Assembly: GCA_050950505.1 (NCBI GenBank)
Contig: JBMNHS010000001.1
Location: 992,001 to 1,056,000 of the forward strand
Length of the DNA: 64,000 nucleotides
Source: Candidatus Methanomethylophilaceae archaeon
GTDB lineage: Archaea > Thermoplasmatota > Thermoplasmata > Methanomassiliicoccales > Methanomethylophilaceae
Direction: 5' to 3'
Of the stretch, positions 58,304 through 64,000 are shown one piece after another. Made by a program: the position numbers and the translations under genes. A model generated the notes under the pieces. The model was given only the letters and a program-made list of their open reading frames with translations, did not search any database and was not told where the DNA came from. Position 1 is the first letter of the stretch; each line of letters opens with the position of its first letter.

Positions 58304-60538
58304 ATGGAAGTAGAAGATTGGTTGGGCCGGGATAATCAGATCGGAATTGATATTTGGCAGAAGAAATATTGTCACAGAGGCGAGTCCTTTGACAGTTGGC
58401 TTGACCGCGTATCCGCGGGAAACGCGGACGTCCGGAGACTGACCGCGGAAAAGAAATTCCTTTTCGGCGGCCGCATTCTGGCCAACCGGGGACTTCACAA
58501 ATCCGGAATCAAAGTCACCTATTCCAATTGTTACGTAATCACTCCGCCGGAAGATTCCATCGAATCGATATTCGAAGCCGCCGGGAAACTTGCGAGAACC
58601 TTCAGTTACGGAGGCGGTGCCGGAATCGATTTGTCGAAACTGGCTCCCAGAGGGGCAAAAATAAACAACACGGCGTCGGAAACATCCGGTTCGGTCTCGT
58701 TCACAGATCTTTACTCAATGGTCACCGGACTCATCGGCCAGCACGGACGCCGCGGTGCTTTGATGCTCACGATTTCATGCGAACATCCGGACATGGAAGA
58801 GTTCATGAAAGTCAAGACGGACCTTGACCGGGTCACCAAAGCCAACATGTCCATCCGCATGACCGACGAATTCATGACCGCGGTAAAAGAAAAGAAAAAC
58901 TTCGTTCAGAGATTCACAAGACCCGAAACCAATGAAACCGTGAAGAAAAATCTGAACGCCTACGAATTCTTCCGGGAGATGTGCAAAGCAAACTGGGATT
59001 TCGGGGAGCCGGGGTGTCTTTTCTGGGATTTCATTTCCGACTGGAACCTTCTCAGCGAATTCCCGGATTACGAATATGCCGGAACCAATCCCTGCGGCGA
59101 AGAACCCCTTCCCGCCGGAGGAAGCTGTCTTCTCGGAAGCATAAACCTTGCAGCCTTCGTCAACAGAGAAGGCATGTTCATGGAAGACGAGTTCAAAGAA
59201 GCCGTGAGAATCAGCGTCCGGGGACTCAACGAAGTTCTTGACGAAGGACTGCCGCTGCACCCTCTTGAAGAACAGAGGGAATCGGTAAACGATTGGAGGC
59301 AGATAGGGTTGGGAATCATGGGTTTGGCGGATATGCTGATCAAACTCAGACTCAGATACGGTTCTCCCGAATCCATAGATTTCTGCGACAGATTGGCATT
59401 CATGATGGCCGATACGGCAATAAACGAGTCGGCCGTGATAGCTTCGGAAATAGGAACATTTCCCAAATGCGTCACCGAACATCTTCTGAACTCCGGATAT
59501 TTCAAGGAAAACACCACCCAGGAGACCAAAGACCTGGTTGCAAAACACGGCTTGAGAAACTCTCAGATTCTTACCATCGCCCCTACTGGAACCCTTTCCA
59601 CCATGTTGGGGATTTCGGGCGGAATAGAGCCTATATTCGCGAACTACTACGAGCGCAGAACAGTGTCTCTTTCCGACAGGGATGAGTATTACAAGGTTTA
59701 CACTCCGATAATCAAAGAATTCATGGAAGACCACGGATATCAGGACGATTCCGATCTTCCCGATTATTTCACCAACGCCCAGGTGTTGGATTACAGGGAA
59801 CGCATCAACATGCAGTCCGCCTGGCAGAAACGCATCGACGCGTCCATAAGTTCAACCGTGAACCTTCACAGCGATTTCCCGTTGGAAAACGTGGAAGACA
59901 TTTACATGTACGCCTGGGAAAAGAAATGCAAAGGCATAACCGTGTTCAGGGACGGTTGCATGCGTGACAGCATCCTCACCCCCCAGGAATCAGAAAAGAA
60001 AGAAACTTCCGAACTCTCCGCCGAAGAAAAGAAGAAGAGAGGTTTGGTCGTCGAAGTCGCCGATGACGTCATAGGCAGAAAGAGAAAACTGATGACCGGA
60101 TGCGGCAGTCTGCACTGCACCGCGTTCTTCGATCCGAATACCGGGGATTTGGTGGAAGTATATCTCAACAAAGGTTCGACGGGAGGATGCAACAACTTCA
60201 TGATCGGTCTGTCAAGGATGATTTCTTTGGCTGCCAGAAGCGGCTGCGATGTGTTCTCGATAGTGGACCAGCTAAAGAGCTGCGGATCCTGTCCTTCGTA
60301 CACGGTACGCACGTTCACGAAGCGCGACACAAGCAAAGGTTCCTGCTGTCCGGCCGCGGTCGGATATGCACTCGTTGACATGTGGAAGGAACTGCAGATT
60401 GAAATTAAGGGCGTGGAGAAAATGCCTTCTGAACCCGAAAGGAAGGTCATCAACCCCTGTCCCATGTGCGGTTCCGAATTGGAATTCCAGGGAGGCTGCA
60501 ACGTCTGCAGGGTCTGTGGTTGGACCAAGTGTGATTAA
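58304..60538 (+). CDS. nrdJ: Class II (adenosylcobalamin-dependent) ribonucleotide reductase
   Basis: SNC, GGGAG, RRGA, TNPCGE, CLLGSINL, RQIGLG.MG, TIAPTG, KGITVFR; C-terminal Cys-rich domain and Zn ribbon; no nrdB nearby. Confidence 0.92.
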   Translation: MEVEDWLGRDNQIGIDIWQKKYCHRGESFDSWLDRVSAGNADVRRLTAEKKFLFGGRILANRGLHKSGIKVTYSNCYVITPPEDSIESIFEAAGKLARTFSYGGGAGIDLSKLAPRGAKINNTASETSGSVSFTDLYSMVTGLIGQHGRRGALMLTISCEHPDMEEFMKVKTDLDRVTKANMSIRMTDEFMTAVKEKKNFVQRFTRPETNETVKKNLNAYEFFREMCKANWDFGEPGCLFWDFISDWNLLSEFPDYEYAGTNPCGEEPLPAGGSCLLGSINLAAFVNREGMFMEDEFKEAVRISVRGLNEVLDEGLPLHPLEEQRESVNDWRQIGLGIMGLADMLIKLRLRYGSPESIDFCDRLAFMMADTAINESAVIASEIGTFPKCVTEHLLNSGYFKENTTQETKDLVAKHGLRNSQILTIAPTGTLSTMLGISGGIEPIFANYYERRTVSLSDRDEYYKVYTPIIKEFMEDHGYQDDSDLPDYFTNAQVLDYRERINMQSAWQKRIDASISSTVNLHSDFPLENVEDIYMYAWEKKCKGITVFRDGCMRDSILTPQESEKKETSELSAEEKKKRGLVVEVADDVIGRKRKLMTGCGSLHCTAFFDPNTGDLVEVYLNKGSTGGCNNFMIGLSRMISLAARSGCDVFSIVDQLKSCGSCPSYTVRTFTKRDTSKGSCCPAAVGYALVDMWKELQIEIKGVEKMPSEPERKVINPCPMCGSELEFQGGCNVCRVCGWTKCD

Positions 60539-60677
60539 TAGCACAAACTGCATAGTTTCAAACGAGGGGGCAGCGATAAGACCTGTTCTACGCGCACGAC
60601 ATACTACCGTGCAGCTCAAATAAAAAATTCAGACAGGCCCGCGTTGAGCCTTTCGTTCACCCCCTCACACCCTTTCT

Positions 60678-62063
60678 TCACAGCACGAGTCCCATGCTCA
60701 GAAAAAATACCGTCATGGATATCGGGAGCATCATGGAGAATCTGTACGTCATGTCGCTCACATCGTTTTTCCCTGTGAGCGCCACGGTGAAAATTGCCAT
60801 CAGCGCACAAAGCTCTATGAGATAGATTCCGATTATGTACGACACGCCCGACATGTCGGCCGCTTCCGATATTGCCGTCAGCGGTTTCAGCATGGCCATG
60901 CACAATCCCAGAACCAAAGGGGCGAAGACGGCGGCCGTCGCCGTCATCATGTCCAACATGCTTTTCAGCTTGTTGATTATGTTTTTCATCACGGTTTCCC
61001 GGTCCTGAATCTGTCTTCCCATGGAAATTGCCAGCCGCCCCGCGTCTCTGAGATTCTTCAATGAAGAACGGTATATCTCGGCATAGGTTTCGGCCACGGC
61101 GGGGGATACCGGGGTCAACGCGGCGTACACCGCGGCCTCCACGTCTCCTCTGCAAAGAACCATTTCTTTTCTGAACGTTTCGGATATTCCCGACGTCTCT
61201 TTTTTGGATTCCAATGCGTCTATTGCCGAGTTTTCGAAATTGTTGCCCGAAATCAGCCGGTTGCCCAATTCGAACACCGATTCGTAAAGCATGGTTTCCG
61301 TTTCTTTTCTTTTTGATTCGTTTTTGATCGAGGGACGCAGTCTAACAAAAGCGATGATGCCCACAGGTACCGTTGCCAAGATCAGAACCTGGAGCAAATC
61401 TTTGAAAACGAACCATCCCGCGATTCCCAGCAACGGTGACAGTGCGTACACGGCCAAACCCGAAAAATCCCGGTCCCCGTTCCCCGAACCGAAAGGATTC
61501 TGTTTGCTGATTCCCGCGGATATCGTCAACACCACCGCAGGCACTGCCACGAGTATCGTGAAAATCATCGGGAAAGGAGTCATGGTGCCGTCCATGTCTT
61601 TTCCAAGTTGCAGCAACGGCAGCACGGACATCATTATCATCGGCGTCATGACCCCCAATCCGAAAATCAACATGCACGGATTTGACAGTGATGAGCTGAA
61701 CCTTTCCCCGGCATCTTTCAGACCGTCCAGAGAAATATCCGTGGCCTCCTTCAGAATTCTTGTTTTCTCGGAACCCGAAGGCAACTCCGAAGCCGCCATA
61801 AGGAGATGCATCGAACGTCGGAATCCGGACAGTTCTTTCGGCAGGGATGACAGCATTTCCTCAAGCCCGGACCTTATGTCGGGAACCGTTCTCGTGTCCG
61901 CGTTGTGAACAATGTCAGAGAACAGTTTTCTTATGGTCGCGGGACCGTTTTCAGCCACGCCTCGGACGGCGGAGTCCAAAGATCCCCCGGATTCCACAAC
62001 CACCGACATCATCCCCATAGCTCTGGGCCCTTCTTTCAGTATCGGACGGAAATCCTTTGCCAT
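60678..62063 (-). CDS. Type II/IV secretion-pilus membrane platform protein (GspF/TadBC-like)
   Basis: Two soluble-plus-TM repeats; directly downstream of the secretion ATPase. Confidence 0.6.
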   Translation of the reverse strand: MAKDFRPILKEGPRAMGMMSVVVESGGSLDSAVRGVAENGPATIRKLFSDIVHNADTRTVPDIRSGLEEMLSSLPKELSGFRRSMHLLMAASELPSGSEKTRILKEATDISLDGLKDAGERFSSSLSNPCMLIFGLGVMTPMIMMSVLPLLQLGKDMDGTMTPFPMIFTILVAVPAVVLTISAGISKQNPFGSGNGDRDFSGLAVYALSPLLGIAGWFVFKDLLQVLILATVPVGIIAFVRLRPSIKNESKRKETETMLYESVFELGNRLISGNNFENSAIDALESKKETSGISETFRKEMVLCRGDVEAAVYAALTPVSPAVAETYAEIYRSSLKNLRDAGRLAISMGRQIQDRETVMKNIINKLKSMLDMMTATAAVFAPLVLGLCMAMLKPLTAISEAADMSGVSYIIGIYLIELCALMAIFTVALTGKNDVSDMTYRFSMMLPISMTVFFLSMGLVL

Positions 62064-63812
62064 TCAAACACCGTTTGTCCGGTCTATTTTCAATCTGAAC
62101 GAACCGATAAGTTCTTCCGGGGTTTTGTCCGAATTTCTGGAGACGTGGTCGTTCGCAATGCAGATCCATTCGGGTTCCAGGAACATTTCGTTTTCTTTTC
62201 CTTTTTCCGCCAGCATTCTTCTTATTTCGGATCTGACCGTTATGTCTTCACGTATTTTCTCATCGTCCATCCCGCAGGACATCCTTATTCTGTTCATCAC
62301 CGGTGTTCCGAACAGGGAATCAATTTCGGAAACGTCGATGAATTCCCCGGTTTGGCCTCCGGTGGCCACCATTTCCCTCAAAACTCTTTTTTGACCTCCC
62401 GACCTTCTTTCCCTGACCGTTCCCAACGTAACAAGCACGTCCGTCGCCATGAACGCCTCGGGTTCGACCCCCATGTCGTAAACAACACGGTCAAAAACGG
62501 ATTTGGCCGAGTCTCCGTGAATGGTTCCCATTATGGAACTCCCCGCCCTTCCGGTTCTCATGCTTTGATACAGGGTCCGCACTTCATCTCCGCGGACTTC
62601 TCCCAGTATTATGGCGGATTCCCCCATCCGGAGGGAAACTCTGAGGGCATCGTCCGCCCGGCTTGCGTCACTCCCGTCCAATCTGTCGTTTATCAGCAAA
62701 GTCTGAACTTTGAATCCGATCCGTCTCATTTTCTCTCCCGGAAGTTCCATGGTGTCTTCTATGGTCAGTATCCTCTGTGAAGTCGGAAATTCAAACAGCA
62801 ATGCGGACAGCAAAGAACTCTTTCCCGCCCCTCTCGCACCGCAAACCAGGAAGGTGCACCGGTTATCCACAAGGAAAGACAGCATTCCGGCGGTTTCCGG
62901 ACTCAAAGTACCGTTCGCAACCAGTCTTGACAGCGTCCACAGTCTGTCCGAATGTTTTCTGATTGAAACCGAATCCCCGTTGGGACTCATGGGATATCCC
63001 ACCACCGTCGCTCTTGCGCCGTAACCTTTCATGTCGGATTCCAGAACCGGATTGGATTCGCAGAAGGGAAGCCCGCTGTTTCTTTTCAGAACGTTTATGA
63101 GATTCATCACTTCCTTTCTGTCAACCATGAGATTCGTTCTGCATTTCCGATTTGAATTCATTCCGGAAATTCCGCTCATCGTCACGTGTATGCGGTTTCT
63201 GTCGCAGGGCGCGTCAATGTAAATGTCTTCCAGTTTGGGATCGGAAAGCAACAACTCGAATATTCCCAATCCCACCGTGTACCTGTGAACGGTTTCGCAC
63301 AGAGCGTCCATTATGACATCAAGATCCAAGGTGTTGTTCCCGTAAATGGATTCGACGGTTTCGGAGGAACTCATGAACAGTCCCCTCGCTTCGTTCAGAA
63401 CGCTCTGTCTGTCCATTCTTCCGCCGTGTTTTCTGTAAGATTCCCGGATGTTGTCTATGACGTCCTCAATCAATGCGTTCACCGATTCCGGAGAAACATA
63501 TTCGTAAGGGGTGAGATTGTATTCCGTCTCCCCGTCCGGGGAAGTTCCTATCAGAACCTTTGCCCCGGGCAAACCGTATTCGGCAATGACGTCCAATTCG
63601 TCAGCGGAACCAATGAGCCAGCAATCGGCAAAAATCGGTTTCATCCTGGCGTTGGAACTTATCAGCCTTCCGAAATCTTCCAGCAGTCCGGAGGCATTGT
63701 TCCGTATTCTTTCCGGCGGATTCGGTCTGAAAAACATATTGTCGCGAAAATCGTTTTTTCCTTTTCCGAACCCTTCGTTGCCGAACATGTCGTTTTTGTG
63801 AAATCTGAACAT
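62064..63812 (-). CDS. Type II/IV secretion ATPase (VirB11/TadA/FlaI-like)
   Basis: LLSDPKLEDIYI, SIRK, GARGAGKSS, TIEDTMEL, SLR...ILGEVRG, GTIH. Confidence 0.9.
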   Translation of the reverse strand: MFRFHKNDMFGNEGFGKGKNDFRDNMFFRPNPPERIRNNASGLLEDFGRLISSNARMKPIFADCWLIGSADELDVIAEYGLPGAKVLIGTSPDGETEYNLTPYEYVSPESVNALIEDVIDNIRESYRKHGGRMDRQSVLNEARGLFMSSSETVESIYGNNTLDLDVIMDALCETVHRYTVGLGIFELLLSDPKLEDIYIDAPCDRNRIHVTMSGISGMNSNRKCRTNLMVDRKEVMNLINVLKRNSGLPFCESNPVLESDMKGYGARATVVGYPMSPNGDSVSIRKHSDRLWTLSRLVANGTLSPETAGMLSFLVDNRCTFLVCGARGAGKSSLLSALLFEFPTSQRILTIEDTMELPGEKMRRIGFKVQTLLINDRLDGSDASRADDALRVSLRMGESAIILGEVRGDEVRTLYQSMRTGRAGSSIMGTIHGDSAKSVFDRVVYDMGVEPEAFMATDVLVTLGTVRERRSGGQKRVLREMVATGGQTGEFIDVSEIDSLFGTPVMNRIRMSCGMDDEKIREDITVRSEIRRMLAEKGKENEMFLEPEWICIANDHVSRNSDKTPEELIGSFRLKIDRTNGV

Positions 63813-63816
63813 CGGC

Positions 63817-63999
63817 TCACCCCTTGGCGAAGGAAGAAATTTTCTCTGAAAGTTCGGACATGGAAAGTTCGGCCTGATCCAAAGATCTGTAAGTTCTCTG
63901 AACGCATATTCCGCAGAGTTCGTCCGTTGGCCGGAAAGACATAAGACGCCCCCTTGCCCCTCCGAAATCGGGAACCGGGAAGGACTCCCGGGCTATGCC
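63817..63999 (-). CDS. 3' end of a hypothetical gene continuing beyond the window
   Basis: Open frame GIARESF...KISSFAKG* whose GGTGA end precedes the ATPase ATG. Confidence 0.5.
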   Translation of the reverse strand, partial: GIARESFPVPDFGGARGRLMSFRPTDELCGICVQRTYRSLDQAELSMSELSEKISSFAKG

Positions 64000-64000
64000 C

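Noticed and set aside
58304-60538. Intein or intron in nrdJ
   Set aside because: Length and motif spacing are normal; no intein terminal motifs or endonuclease insert seen.

Overview
Archaeal chromosomal segment, most likely from a Methanomassiliicoccales (Thermoplasmata) methylotrophic methanogen. The assignment rests on TBP, aCPSF1-psmB, SRP54, TrmY, ABCE1, class I HMG-CoA reductase, a PPAT-YjjX fusion and two mtaCB copies with a RamA-type activator. About 60 protein genes and two tRNAs (Cys-GCA, Ala-CGC) are present; I see no transposase, integrase or CRISPR array. The most notable part is a methanol/corrinoid island at about 25.0-37.5 kb. It holds (i) a QueG/reductive-dehalogenase-like Fe-S gene split only by an in-frame TAG, in a window where no gene I call ends in TAG, suggesting pyrrolysine read-through; (ii) an ABC transporter with a circularly permuted binding protein; (iii) RamA; (iv) duplicated mtaCB with gene-conversion-like tracts; (v) a truncated COG0523 GTPase with a His/Cys-repeat partner between the two copies; and (vi) a palindromic ATGG-N9-CCAT element upstream of both mtaC genes and possibly the ABC operon. 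Other oddities are a tRNA-Cys with C73, an RBS-occluding hairpin before speD, an ETF-like pair lacking cofactor-binding parts, a frameshifted sulfite/nitrite reductase, orphan pilin-like genes and several structured intergenic segments. All calls are by-eye motif recognition; no database searches or folding programs were run.
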